DNA of 64,000 nucleotides, from contig JAFVXI010000013.1 of assembly GCA_017501245.1 (NCBI GenBank), forward strand, positions 410,335-474,334. Direction: 5' to 3'. A program made the translations under genes and the position numbers. The notes below the pieces were generated by a model. It was not told where the DNA came from. It saw only the letters and a program-made list of their open reading frames with translations, and ran no database searches. The DNA is from Clostridia bacterium. Its GTDB lineage: Bacteria; Bacillota; Clostridia; Oscillospirales; CAG-272. The stretch's first letter is position 1. Each line of letters opens with the position of its first letter. This document shows, piece after piece, positions 8,114 through 18,003 of the stretch.

Positions 8114-8839
8114 ATGTATAAGACCGAAGCGCATATACACACGAAGGAGTCGAGCATCTGCGGCAAGGCTGACGCTGCAAGGCTCGTCGAGATATACAAG
8201 GAAAAGGGCTTCCACACGCTCTTCATCACCGATCATATAAACAACGGCGCCTTTATGTCCTGGGAGGGGCTTAGCTGGGAGGAGAGGATAGACCGCTTCT
8301 ATCTTGGCTACGAGGAGGCGAGGCGGCGCGGCGATGAGATAGGCGTCAGGGTGCTTTTCGCCGTGGAGGTAAAGTTTATGGAGCCCGAGGGCAATATGAA
8401 CGACTATCTCGTCTACGGACTTGACCGTGAGTTTTTAAAGAGTCACCCATACTTCAATATCGGCTCGCTCGAGGAGTTCTTGGAGATAAAGCCGGAGGGC
8501 GCTCTGCTTCTTCAGGCGCACCCATACAGAAACGGCTGCTACCCAACCCCCGACCTCGTCGACGGTATAGAGGTCTGCAACGCACATCCGAGGCACGAAA
8601 ATCACAACGACTCCGCCCTCGCCCTCGCAAAGGAGCGCTCCTTCCCCGTCTCGGTCGGCTCCGACGTGCATATGGAGGGCGACGCCGCAAGAGCCTACGT
8701 CCTCACCGACGAGCCCATCGAAACGGTGGAGGATTATATCGAGGCTATAAGGAGCGGCAGCTGCAGCTTCGTCACCCCCTACGCCTCGGGCAGCCCTGCA
8801 TGCTTCTTAGGCCTCGACCCATCAGCCCTTGCGGATTAG
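8114..8839 (+). CDS. PHP-domain metal-dependent phosphoesterase
   Basis: N-terminal EAHIHTKESS and FITDH motifs of PHP/histidinol-phosphatase-like enzymes. TGcTATAAT-like extended -10 at about 8080-8088. Confidence 0.75.
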   Translation: MYKTEAHIHTKESSICGKADAARLVEIYKEKGFHTLFITDHINNGAFMSWEGLSWEERIDRFYLGYEEARRRGDEIGVRVLFAVEVKFMEPEGNMNDYLVYGLDREFLKSHPYFNIGSLEEFLEIKPEGALLLQAHPYRNGCYPTPDLVDGIEVCNAHPRHENHNDSALALAKERSFPVSVGSDVHMEGDAARAYVLTDEPIETVEDYIEAIRSGSCSFVTPYASGSPACFLGLDPSALAD

Positions 8840-8926
8840 TGCGCCTGCTCGCATCTTTTTCTGCGGCACGCAAGCCCGAAAAAGCCTTGGAAAGCAAATA
8901 ACTGTTTACAATCATCCATAGAAAAA

Positions 8927-8972
8927 GAGGAAGCCTCGCAGAGCTAAGCCGCTCCGTGAAGCTTCCTTTTTT
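8927..8972. terminator. bidirectional terminator between the PHP gene and heparinase-like paralog 1
   Basis: Stem AGGAAGC (8928-8934) / GCTTCCT (8961-8967), flanked by an A-run and a T-run. The large loop lowers confidence. Confidence 0.55.
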
Positions 8973-8974
8973 GC

Positions 8975-10795
8975 TTATTTAAACACGAACTCGCACTTAA
9001 GCTCCTTCGCACGGATGGTAAAGTGCAGACGGTAGAGCTTCTCGGTGCCCCACTTTTCCACAGAGGAGTTTCCGACCGGGTCAAATTCCTCGCAGGAGTA
9101 GGAGAGGCGCTTGTCGTAGCACAGCTCGACGCTCTCGGGCATTCCGAGCCTGCCCTCCTCGATGACCGTGGGCTCCGCAACCGTGATAAGGCGGAAGTCT
9201 ATCTCGCGCTCGCAGTCGAGCAGGATGTCCTCGCCAACGGTTGCAACGCCGCCATCAAGCACTGCGCTCCTCGTGTAGCTCTCGACGCCCGCATCACGCT
9301 CGAAGGCGAGCTCGAGGCCGAGGGTCAGCTTGTGGCTATCCTCGTCGTAGACCTCACGCACGGAGCGGAAGACGTCGCCCTGATGCTCGCCCTTGCCGTC
9401 AAAGGCGGGGAGGTTGTGATAATGCGACTGCATAGACCAGATATTGTATCTGTTAGGTCCGAAGGTGTCCCTCACGTAGGTGGTGTTTCCGGGATCTATA
9501 ACGACGGGGTTTCCGTTCTTGTAGACGATATAGCTTCCTACGTCGTTATGGTTGTGCGACTGCTTGTTGTGGCCGCCCTTGATAGCGAGGAACATACCCT
9601 TCGAGGTGTCCTCGGACTCTCTCGAGATCATAACCTTGAGGTCGGGATACCAGACGAATCTCTCCGCCTTCGTCACCGTCGCCTCGGTCAGCCTTTTGGT
9701 GGCGAGGTTGCGTATCGTCCTGTATGAGAGGCTGTAATGCACGGCGGGGGTATTTTCCTCCGCTATGAGCATCTTTCCGAAGGCAACCATGCCCTCCGAG
9801 CCGCATCTCTCGCCGTATCTCTTTATGAGGTAGCCGTCGGGGCTGACGTTCGGCGAGCAGTCCGCAAAGTTGACGTAGCGGCGGCCGTTGATGTTGAACT
9901 TATAGATGAACTCACCCATATTGCGGATGATCTGATTGTCAAAGACGTTGACGGCTCCGTCCGTGAGGTCGTAAAGCTCCTCAAGAGCCGTGAAATAGGA
10001 TGCTCCCGCACCGCTCCAATAGCCGGGGCCCTCGTCGCAGCCGCCGTCCTCGGGCATCCACGCCATGTAGTTGTCAAGATAGCCCATAGATCTCCGAACG
10101 ACGGCTTCTCTCACGTGCTGCCTCTTCTCACATACGCCGACGGTAAATAGCACGCACTCAACGACGTGAGTGACCCAGTTGTTACACTTCTTGCCGTATT
10201 CACCGGTATAGCTGTGGTGGAAGCTGATGAAGGGGCGGATGATGCGCTTCTCGATCTCGTATTCGGTGCGCTCGGTGAGTATGGGGGATATCTCGGAAAG
10301 CTCCTTTCTTAAGAGCAGCATCACGAGAGAGAGGGCGGAACCCGTGTTAGCCGCATAGAGGTCAACTCCGTGCAGAGCCGTCTCGTTATATACAGGGGGA
10401 TATTCCGCACCGTTTGCCGTCGGGTTATGCCCGATGTGCGCAGGGATGACCCAGGTGGTCTCCTCAAGGATCGCCCAGAGCGCATCGCAAAGCTTCGACA
10501 TAAAGCGTCCCGAGCGCTCGTGATGCTCCGCCAGCGCAAGATAAACGAGTATGTCTCTGCGCTTTATATGCTGTGCGACGAAGGGCTGTCTGCTGCCCGA
10601 AACGAAGAAATCGTGATACATAGAGAGCGTCAGCATCGGGATCTCCTCCTCGAGGTAGCCCTCCGCACGCTTGATTATATCCTCTACCTTCTCCTCCGAG
10701 ATGGCAAAGTTTGCCCAGTCGCCCTTAGCCAAAAATTCATCGTAGCTGAGCACCTTGCCCTGCGAGCTGATGCCAAGCTCCTTAAATATTCTCAT
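8975..10795 (-). CDS. heparinase II/III-like (polysaccharide lyase-like) protein, paralog 1, no signal peptide
   Basis: 606 aa. C-terminal domain motif GGHNKQSHNHNDVGSYIVY..VIDPG..RYNIWSMQSHYHNLPAFDG is typical of the heparinase II/III-like family. No N-terminal hydrophobic signal. Confidence 0.75.
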   Translation of the reverse strand: MRIFKELGISSQGKVLSYDEFLAKGDWANFAISEEKVEDIIKRAEGYLEEEIPMLTLSMYHDFFVSGSRQPFVAQHIKRRDILVYLALAEHHERSGRFMSKLCDALWAILEETTWVIPAHIGHNPTANGAEYPPVYNETALHGVDLYAANTGSALSLVMLLLRKELSEISPILTERTEYEIEKRIIRPFISFHHSYTGEYGKKCNNWVTHVVECVLFTVGVCEKRQHVREAVVRRSMGYLDNYMAWMPEDGGCDEGPGYWSGAGASYFTALEELYDLTDGAVNVFDNQIIRNMGEFIYKFNINGRRYVNFADCSPNVSPDGYLIKRYGERCGSEGMVAFGKMLIAEENTPAVHYSLSYRTIRNLATKRLTEATVTKAERFVWYPDLKVMISRESEDTSKGMFLAIKGGHNKQSHNHNDVGSYIVYKNGNPVVIDPGNTTYVRDTFGPNRYNIWSMQSHYHNLPAFDGKGEHQGDVFRSVREVYDEDSHKLTLGLELAFERDAGVESYTRSAVLDGGVATVGEDILLDCEREIDFRLITVAEPTVIEEGRLGMPESVELCYDKRLSYSCEEFDPVGNSSVEKWGTEKLYRLHFTIRAKELKCEFVFK

Positions 10796-10847
10796 TAATG
10801 CCTCCTTGCCGTCCGACGGCGCAAGAATGTATAGTCTTATTTACAAA

Positions 10848-12674
10848 TCAAATCTTTTCAAATCTCATAGAGCCGACAAACTCCTTTGCCGTCAGGGTAA
10901 AGTGAAGTCGGTATAGCTCGGGCGTTCCCCATCCCTTCATCGGGTTAGAGTTTGCTCCCACGAAGGGCTCGACGCTGTATGACAGCCTCGGGTCGTAGCT
11001 GAGTGCGACGCCGTTTGCGAGCGCCAGCCTGCCGTCCTCCATGGGCTCGGGGCGGCGGTGGGTTATCAGCCTGAAGTCTATCTCGCGCGCCTCTTTGAGC
11101 CTTATATCGTCGGTGATGATCGCCGCTCCGTCCGAAAGCTCGTAGCTCCTCGTGTATTCCTCGAGCATAGCTGCGCTCTCGTAGGCGCCCTCAAGGCCGA
11201 GAGATATCCTCTGTCTTTCGCCGTCGTATTCCTCTCTCGAGGAGGCAAACTGCTTGCCATTCCTCTCTCCGACACCGCCGAATGCGGGTAGGTTATGATA
11301 GTGCGACTGCATAGCCCAGATGGTGTATCTGTTTTTGCCGAAGGTGTCCCTCGTGTAGGAGACGCTGCCCGGGTCGATGACCGAGGGCTCGCCGTTGTTG
11401 TATATCATAAAGCTACCGACGTCGTTATGGTTGTGCGACTCTCCGTTGTGGCCGCCCTTGACGCCGATGCAGATGCCGACCGATGTGTCCTCCGACTCTC
11501 TCAGCATGCCGACCTTCAGATAGGGCATCCACGTGCTCCTTGGCGCACGGGTGACCGTCGCATCGGTGGGGCGGGGCATTTGCAGGTCGCGCAGGTGGAC
11601 GACGGGCATATTGGTGCCCGGTCTCGTCGAGCAATTCATAGCCATCATCTTTCCGAAGGCAAGCAGCGCCTCCGAGCCGCACCTTGCGCCGAAGCGCATG
11701 ATCATAAAGCCGTCTGCGTAAAATTGCGAGGAGCAGTCCGCAAAGTTCAAGAACCTGTCGGCGTTGACGTTTACCTTCATTATGTATTCTCCCATAGCCT
11801 TGACGAGAGGCTCGGAGAAGATGTCTATTGCGCCGCCCGTGAGGTCGTGGATGGTCTCAAGACAGCCGAAATATGCCGCTCCCGCACCGTTCCAATAGCC
11901 GGGGCCCTCGTCGCAGCCGCCATCCTCGGGTATATACGTCGTGTAGTTGTCAAGATAGCTTAACACTCTTGAAACGATAGCCTCGCGCATCGCCTCTCTC
12001 TTTTCGAGATAGCCTGCTACGTAGAGCATATTCGTGCATATCCAGGTGCACCAGTTGTTGCACTTGGTGCCGTAAGCGCCCGACCAGGAGTGGTGGTTGG
12101 TGACGAAGGGCTTGATCAGCCTTTTCGTGACCTCGTATTCTATGCGCTCTCTGAGGATGGGGGAGAAGGAGTCGAGGGTGTCGCCGTTGAGGGTCAGCAC
12201 CATCGTTAGTATAGCTCCCGTAGCCGCAGAAAAGATGTCGAGGCCGTGGAGCGTCGTCTCGTCGTATACCGGCGGCACCGTCGCACCGAGGGCGGTGGGG
12301 TTGTGGACTGCGTGCGCATTCTTCACCCAGGTCGTCTCCTCGAGGACCGCCCAGAGTACGTCGCAGAGCTTCGAGGCAAATCTGCCCTCGTGCTCGTAGT
12401 ATTCCGCCAGCGACAGATGCACCAGCATATCCCTGCGCTTGGAATAGGGCGTGCCGAAGCTCGAGCGGTTTCCCGTCACCCAGAAGTCACGGTAGGCGCT
12501 GAGCGGGATAAAGGGTATATCCAAGTCAAGATAGCTCTCCGCCTCCTTTATGACGCCCTCCATCTTTTCGGGCACGAAGACGGGCTTGGTCAGGGGGCAG
12601 CTCCTCAGGAACTCCTCACGGGGGAGCAGCTTTCCCTTAGCGGTGATCTTTTTTTCTTCAAATAATCTCTTCAT
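10848..12674 (-). CDS. heparinase II/III-like protein, paralog 2, no signal peptide
   Basis: 608 aa, colinear with paralog 1 at about half identity by eye. GGHNGESHNHNDVGSFMIY..MQSHYHNLPAFGG. Confidence 0.75.
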   Translation of the reverse strand: MKRLFEEKKITAKGKLLPREEFLRSCPLTKPVFVPEKMEGVIKEAESYLDLDIPFIPLSAYRDFWVTGNRSSFGTPYSKRRDMLVHLSLAEYYEHEGRFASKLCDVLWAVLEETTWVKNAHAVHNPTALGATVPPVYDETTLHGLDIFSAATGAILTMVLTLNGDTLDSFSPILRERIEYEVTKRLIKPFVTNHHSWSGAYGTKCNNWCTWICTNMLYVAGYLEKREAMREAIVSRVLSYLDNYTTYIPEDGGCDEGPGYWNGAGAAYFGCLETIHDLTGGAIDIFSEPLVKAMGEYIMKVNVNADRFLNFADCSSQFYADGFMIMRFGARCGSEALLAFGKMMAMNCSTRPGTNMPVVHLRDLQMPRPTDATVTRAPRSTWMPYLKVGMLRESEDTSVGICIGVKGGHNGESHNHNDVGSFMIYNNGEPSVIDPGSVSYTRDTFGKNRYTIWAMQSHYHNLPAFGGVGERNGKQFASSREEYDGERQRISLGLEGAYESAAMLEEYTRSYELSDGAAIITDDIRLKEAREIDFRLITHRRPEPMEDGRLALANGVALSYDPRLSYSVEPFVGANSNPMKGWGTPELYRLHFTLTAKEFVGSMRFEKI

Positions 12675-12701
12675 TGTTAATTCTCCTTCGGTAGACGTGC
12701 G

Positions 12702-14522
12702 TCAAGCCTTTACGGTGAAGGTAAACCTACCCTCGGCTGCCCTTATACACAGGTGTATGCGGTAGAGCTTCTCCGAGCCCCACTTAGCGAGCGCATCCAT
12801 TCCGACGGGGTCAAATTCCTCGATTTCGGCCGTAAGCGCCTTATCGTAGAGGAGAGTGCAGCCCTCGGCAAGGGCGATGCCCTCCTCGGTCGCCTCGGGG
12901 CGGACGTGCGACATAAAGACGAAGTCCATCTCACGCTCCTGTGAGAGCTTGACAGTGTCTGTCACGCTGACGGCGCCCTCCTCGAGCCTTGCCTCCCTGC
13001 GATAGAGGGTCACGCCGAGCGAGGCGGGGTATGCTCCCTCTATGTTAAGTCCATAGGACTTATTTTCCTCGTTGTAGTCCTCGTTTGCCGATGCGTATTT
13101 CATTCCCTGCATCTCTCCCTCGCCGTCAAACATAGCGAGGTTATGATATTTCGATTGCATCGTCCAGATGGTGTATCTCTTAGGTCCGAAGGTGTCTCTC
13201 GTGTAGGTGCCGACGCCGACGTCAATGACGACGGGCTTTCCGTTTTTGTATACGACGAAGTTTCCGACGTCGTTATGGTTGTGCGACTCCTGGTTGTGTC
13301 CGCCCTTGATAGCGAGGAACATTCCAAAGGAGGGCGTGGGCGACTCCCTGAAGGTCGCAACCTTGAGGTTTGGCATATAGTAGGCAACTCTCGCCACGGG
13401 CATCGCCGCCTCGCCGTGTACGGTGGGCGTAGCGAGCGAGCGCAGAGTGCGATACGGGTGTCCGTAATGGAAGAAGAGGTCCTCAAATCCGTCGCTGAAC
13501 TCACCAAAGCTCCGAAGCGACTCCGAGCCGCACTTCTCGCCGTAGCGCTTGACGAGGTTTGCCGGCAGGGTGATCTTCGTTGCGCCGTCCGCAAAGTTGA
13601 CGAAATTCTGTCCGCAGACGTTCATCGAGGCGATGTATTCGCCCATATTCTTTACAAGCTCGCAGCCAAAGAGGTCGAGCTCGCCTGCCGTCAGGTCATA
13701 GAGCGTTTCGAGGCAGTCGAAGAGTGCGCCTGCCGCACCTGCCCAGTAGGTCGGTCCCTCGTTGCAGCCTCCGTCGGGCGCATAGCCGCCTACGAATATA
13801 TCGAGCAGCTCGAGCGACTTCGAAACGACGCGCTCTCTCACCCTCATATCATCCTCGACGAGGGCTGTGGTGAGCAGAACGTTAGACACGTTCCAAGGGC
13901 ACCAGTTGTTGCATTTGCCCGAGTAGATGCCCGACCAGGTGAAGTTGGTGCTGATGAAGGGCTGAATTGTCCTGCGGCGCAATTCGTAGAGCATCCTCTC
14001 TCTGATGATGGGCGAGACGCCGTCGAGGATGTCCTTGCAGTAGTGCCATACCACCGACATCGATGCGGAGAGGTATGCCGAGGCAAGCTCGATGCCGTGC
14101 ATATATCTGTCGCCGACAGTGGGAGGAACCTTGCCGCCGCCGTAGGGCGTGTGGCCGGAATGCTGAGGCAGCATCCAGGTCGACTCCTCGAGGATAGCCC
14201 AGATGACGTCGCAGAGCTTTTCGGTAAATCTGCCCTTGCCCTCAAAATATTCTGCCATACCGAGGCAGAGCATAGCTCTTCCTCTCTCGTGGAAATGCTC
14301 GCCAAAATACGAAAGCACGCCCGATTCCCAGTACTGCCTGTACTGCCAGAGCGTGATGACCTTCAGCTCAAAGTCGGCGTATTTTTCCTCCGCCATTCTG
14401 ATGACTCTCGCCTTCTTCTCCTCGTCGAATTCGAATTCTCCGAGGTCGCTCATTAGCCTGAAATCCTCGAGCGAGAGGACTTTTCCCTCGGCAACAAAGC
14501 CGCTTTCCTTAAAGATCTTCAT
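12702..14522 (-). CDS. heparinase II/III-like protein, paralog 3, no signal peptide
   Basis: 606 aa, colinear with paralogs 1 and 2. GGHNQESHNHNDVGNFVVY..MQSKYHNLAMFDG. AAGGAGG SD before ATG 14522. Confidence 0.75.
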   Translation of the reverse strand: MKIFKESGFVAEGKVLSLEDFRLMSDLGEFEFDEEKKARVIRMAEEKYADFELKVITLWQYRQYWESGVLSYFGEHFHERGRAMLCLGMAEYFEGKGRFTEKLCDVIWAILEESTWMLPQHSGHTPYGGGKVPPTVGDRYMHGIELASAYLSASMSVVWHYCKDILDGVSPIIRERMLYELRRRTIQPFISTNFTWSGIYSGKCNNWCPWNVSNVLLTTALVEDDMRVRERVVSKSLELLDIFVGGYAPDGGCNEGPTYWAGAAGALFDCLETLYDLTAGELDLFGCELVKNMGEYIASMNVCGQNFVNFADGATKITLPANLVKRYGEKCGSESLRSFGEFSDGFEDLFFHYGHPYRTLRSLATPTVHGEAAMPVARVAYYMPNLKVATFRESPTPSFGMFLAIKGGHNQESHNHNDVGNFVVYKNGKPVVIDVGVGTYTRDTFGPKRYTIWTMQSKYHNLAMFDGEGEMQGMKYASANEDYNEENKSYGLNIEGAYPASLGVTLYRREARLEEGAVSVTDTVKLSQEREMDFVFMSHVRPEATEEGIALAEGCTLLYDKALTAEIEEFDPVGMDALAKWGSEKLYRIHLCIRAAEGRFTFTVKA

Positions 14523-14880
14523 TCTACCTCCTTAGGGGTCGTGGGGCGCTTATAACCCTCGTGTGCGTGTGATGCGCTGTGTGCGCAAAATATAAAATGA
14601 TATCAATAGTTTAATCGAAAGACCCTCCAAAGTCAACCGATAGAGGGGAATAATAGCAGAATGCACAATGTTTTTCGGCATTCGGGGCTCACCGCTCGGC
14701 TACTTTTGCGCAGGGTGGCGGAGGAGGTGTCCGACGCTTTTTCGGACAAATAAATTATTTTAGAGAAAATTATGAAAACCCCTTGCTTTTTCACCTTCGT
14801 TGTGCTAAAATGTTTCTATGAATTATAGGTGTGGGCAAGCTGCGCCTTATCAATCCCGTTTTTCTTGAAAGGAAGTTTTT

Positions 14881-15195
14881 ATGGAATACGTACTTTTGGC
14901 GGTGCTCCTTCTTGCCGCACTGTTTATCATAGTAGCAGTTATTTTCCAGAAGTCGAGCGACGAGGGCCTCTCCGGCACTATCGCAGGTGGCAACGATTCT
15001 TATCTCAATAAGGAAAAGGCTCCCGGTGCTGAGCGTGTATGGTTCAAGTGGACTCTCGTCATCAGCGTTGTGTTTGCCGTTGCAGTTCTTGCGGCTTACA
15101 TCATCCAGCCTGACTACACGATGGATCTCGCTCCCGATTATTGGAAGAATCTCAGCGAGTTCGGCGATCTCTTCAAGGATGCCGCTACTAAATAA
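14881..15195 (+). CDS. secG: preprotein translocase subunit SecG (with a roughly 25-aa C-terminal extension)
   Basis: Two TM segments separated by the SecG signature QKSSDEGLSGTIAGG. Conserved secG-rnr neighbourhood. Confidence 0.8.
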   Translation: MEYVLLAVLLLAALFIIVAVIFQKSSDEGLSGTIAGGNDSYLNKEKAPGAERVWFKWTLVISVVFAVAVLAAYIIQPDYTMDLAPDYWKNLSEFGDLFKDAATK

Positions 15196-15215
15196 TTTGA
15201 TATGATACAGTAAAA

Positions 15216-15249
15216 AGAGGGTGTCTTATTCGTGACGCCCTCTTTTTTC
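15216..15249 (+). terminator. intrinsic terminator of secG
   Basis: AGAGGGTGTC (15216-15225) / GACGCCCTCT (15234-15243), one G-U pair, followed by TTTTTT. Confidence 0.7.
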
Positions 15250-15294
15250 TCGCAAGCGAGAAGAGCTGATAATTGAAAGTTAAAAATCTAGCCT

Positions 15295-15560
15295 TCACTT
15301 TTGCCCTCGGGCAAAAACTTCACTTCGCCTTCGTCGAAACTTCACTTACGCAGTAAACTTCACTTGCCGCCCTCTGCGGCAAATTTCACCGCGGCTCCGC
15401 CACCCCTTTTCCCCTCACTTTTGCCATCTGGCAAAAACTTCACTTCGCCTTCGTCGAAACTTCACTTACGTAGTAAACTTCACTTGCCGCCCTCGGCAAA
15501 TTTCACTGCGTCTCCGCCGCCCTCTGCGGCAAACTTCACCGCGGCGTGTGCGCTCGCACC
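15295..15560. repeat. tandem duplication (period about 120 bp) built from AAACTTCACTT sub-repeats and small hairpins
   Basis: Unit 1 starts about 15295 and unit 2 about 15415. Each holds 4-5 copies of (A)AACTTCAC(T)T, the reverse complement of the GTGAAGTT-type heptads at 3118-3187. Hairpins include TTGCCC-tc-GGGCAA and TTGCCGC..GCGGCAA. Confidence 0.85.
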
Positions 15561-15864
15561 GCCGCTTACTTTTCCACATCAATCGTAAAAATCCTGAAAA
15601 AAATTCCACCTATGTGAGAATTTTCCGCTAAAGAGATTTTGCGTCGTGCGAGAGGAAACGGTGTTAAGCGATCGAAAACGGTTTCGCCACAATGGATTTT
15701 TTCTCTTGCAAACGGAAAAATCATATTATTTAATAAATAATATAAAGTAATAGAAAGTAATATAAAATAATACTTTATAGCGCACGCGCGCGAGAAAAAA
15801 CTGATTTGATCTCGTCAATAATAAGGGTTGAGGGATCAAGAGAATTATTAAGATTAAGGAACAA

Positions 15865-17988
15865 ATGAAAAGAAAAGACACTAAGGCGGCGCTCGGCAGA
15901 TTTGCGAGGGTCGCAAAGCATAAAAGACGGGGCAAGGATAAGAGCCGCGATGCCCTGCTTAACGAGATAGCGGCAACGGGCGTCGCATTCGAGGGCGTCC
16001 GCATAGGATCAAAGGAGGACGGCGGTCGCCGTGGCCGCACGTCGGCAAAGTCACGCCGTGACGAGGTGAGGGCAGAGGGAGTCTATTCGGGCTCTAGAGG
16101 CGGCTTTGGCTTCGTCACTCTGCCGGACTCTCCCCACGGCGACATCTTCATTCCCGAGGGGCGCTCCGGCGGCGCTCTTGACGGCGACAGGGTTGAGATA
16201 ATCTACCACGCCTACCGTGCCTACACGGGCGAGGAGCGCACCGAGGGCAGGGTAACCGCCATCGTTGCCGAGGGCAGGGAAGTGTTCGTCGGTGTCCTCG
16301 AGGAGGAGCGGGTTAGGCTGCGCCGCCACGGAAAGCCGAGGCTGGTTTTCATAGCCGACGACCCTAAGATAACAGCCGTGCCCATCGTGCGTGATGCGGC
16401 GGGCGCCTCGGCAGGCGAAAAGGTTGCGGTAAAAATAAAGCGCTCAACGAGCTATCTTCCCCCGGAGTGTGACGTCGTGGCGGTGCTTGGTGCGCCGGAT
16501 TCCAGGGCGGCAAACTACGAGGCCATCCTCCTCGAGTCGGGCATTCCGATCGAGTTCAGCCCCGAGGAGCTGGCGGAGGCAGAGAGGTCTTCACGCCGTG
16601 AGATAAACTACGCCGACAGGCGGGATCTGCGTGAGGAGATCATCTTCACGATAGACGGCAGAGGCGCCAAGGACCTTGACGACGCCATCTCGCTCTTGCG
16701 CACCGACGAGGGCTGGAGGCTCGGCGTTCATATCGCCGACGTTTCCTATTTCGTGGATGAAAAGACCGCCCTCGACAGAGCGGTTATGGCAAGGGGAACG
16801 AGCGTCTATTTCGTCGACAAGGTCGTGCCGATGCTTCCCCCCTCGCTCTCAAACGGCGCCTGCTCTCTCGGAGCCGGAGAGGATAAATGCACTCTCTCGG
16901 CCATAATAAGCCTCGATAACGAGGGTGCGATCGTAGGGCTTGAAATTATCCCTGCCGTCATCAGATCGGCGGTCAGAGGCGTTTATTCCGAGGTCAACGC
17001 CATCTTTGATGGCGAGGCATCCGCCGAGCTTGTAGAAAAGTACTCCGCCGTCCTCCCCTCTCTCCGCCTTATGCGTGAGCTTTACGAGCTTTTGCTCGAG
17101 CGTGCGAGGAAAAGGGGAATGCTGGAGCTGGAGCTTCCCGAGTCTGTCATAGAGGTGGACGCATCGGGCGAGCCCATCGCCGTTTATCCCTCTGAGAGGG
17201 GATTATCCGAGCGGATCATCGAGCAGTTTATGCTCACGGCAAACGAGGCGGTTGCGGCAAGGCTGCGCCGTGAGGGCATTCCTGCGGTTTACAGAGTTCA
17301 CGAGCTTCCCCCGGAGGAAAAGCTGCGTGACCTTCTCACCTATGCGTCAAACCTCGGCGTTGACATCCGTGGCATAGACCCCGAGAGGCCGAGCCCCTCC
17401 GAGCTTTCACGCCTGCTCGCCTCCGCACAGGAGAAGGGGCTCTTCGAGCCGCTCTCCTACCTCACCTTAAGATCTATGGCTAAGGCGTGCTACTCCCCCT
17501 CCCCCGACGGTCACTTCGGACTGGGGCTCGCCGACTATTGCCATTTCACCTCGCCGATCAGGCGCCTCTCCGACCTTGCAACGCACAGGATCATCCGTCG
17601 GGTGCTGCTGGAGGGCAGATCGCCGAGGCAGTATTCCTCCTACGCGCGCCGTGCCGCCGCTGCGGCAACCGACTCCGAGCTTCGTGCCGTAGCCGCCGAG
17701 CGCAGGATAGAGGATCTCTACAAGACGATATATATGTCGGCTCACGTCGGCGAGATCTTCGATGCGAGGGTCTCCTCAGTCACCTCCTTCGGCGTCTTCG
17801 TCATGCCTGCCAACACCTGCGAGGGCCTCGTGCATATCGACTCGATGCCCGGCTATTTCACCTTCGACGAGAGGAATATGTGCGTCAGATCAGGCTCGCT
17901 CTCCTACCGTGTCGGTGATAGCGTAAGGGTGCGCCTCGAGGAGGCGGACATCGCAAGATGTAAACTAAGCTTTTCAATTATACTCTGA
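15865..17988 (+). CDS. rnr: ribonuclease R
   Basis: 707 aa. Basic N-terminus, RNB domain (GAKDLDDAIS), C-terminal S1 domain (GEIFDARVSSVTSFGVFV). Confidence 0.95.
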   Translation: MKRKDTKAALGRFARVAKHKRRGKDKSRDALLNEIAATGVAFEGVRIGSKEDGGRRGRTSAKSRRDEVRAEGVYSGSRGGFGFVTLPDSPHGDIFIPEGRSGGALDGDRVEIIYHAYRAYTGEERTEGRVTAIVAEGREVFVGVLEEERVRLRRHGKPRLVFIADDPKITAVPIVRDAAGASAGEKVAVKIKRSTSYLPPECDVVAVLGAPDSRAANYEAILLESGIPIEFSPEELAEAERSSRREINYADRRDLREEIIFTIDGRGAKDLDDAISLLRTDEGWRLGVHIADVSYFVDEKTALDRAVMARGTSVYFVDKVVPMLPPSLSNGACSLGAGEDKCTLSAIISLDNEGAIVGLEIIPAVIRSAVRGVYSEVNAIFDGEASAELVEKYSAVLPSLRLMRELYELLLERARKRGMLELELPESVIEVDASGEPIAVYPSERGLSERIIEQFMLTANEAVAARLRREGIPAVYRVHELPPEEKLRDLLTYASNLGVDIRGIDPERPSPSELSRLLASAQEKGLFEPLSYLTLRSMAKACYSPSPDGHFGLGLADYCHFTSPIRRLSDLATHRIIRRVLLEGRSPRQYSSYARRAAAAATDSELRAVAAERRIEDLYKTIYMSAHVGEIFDARVSSVTSFGVFVMPANTCEGLVHIDSMPGYFTFDERNMCVRSGSLSYRVGDSVRVRLEEADIARCKLSFSIIL

Positions 17989-18003
17989 TTTCGGAGAATT
18001 TCT

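Noticed and set aside
15301-15588. 95-aa ORF (MPSGKNFTSPSSKLHLRSKLHL..) and the 116-aa ORF 3072..3422
   Set aside because: Both are translations of the tandem repeat tracts (AAACTTCACTT and the heptads). They give periodic low-complexity peptides, have no SD, and one runs through the csoR promoter.
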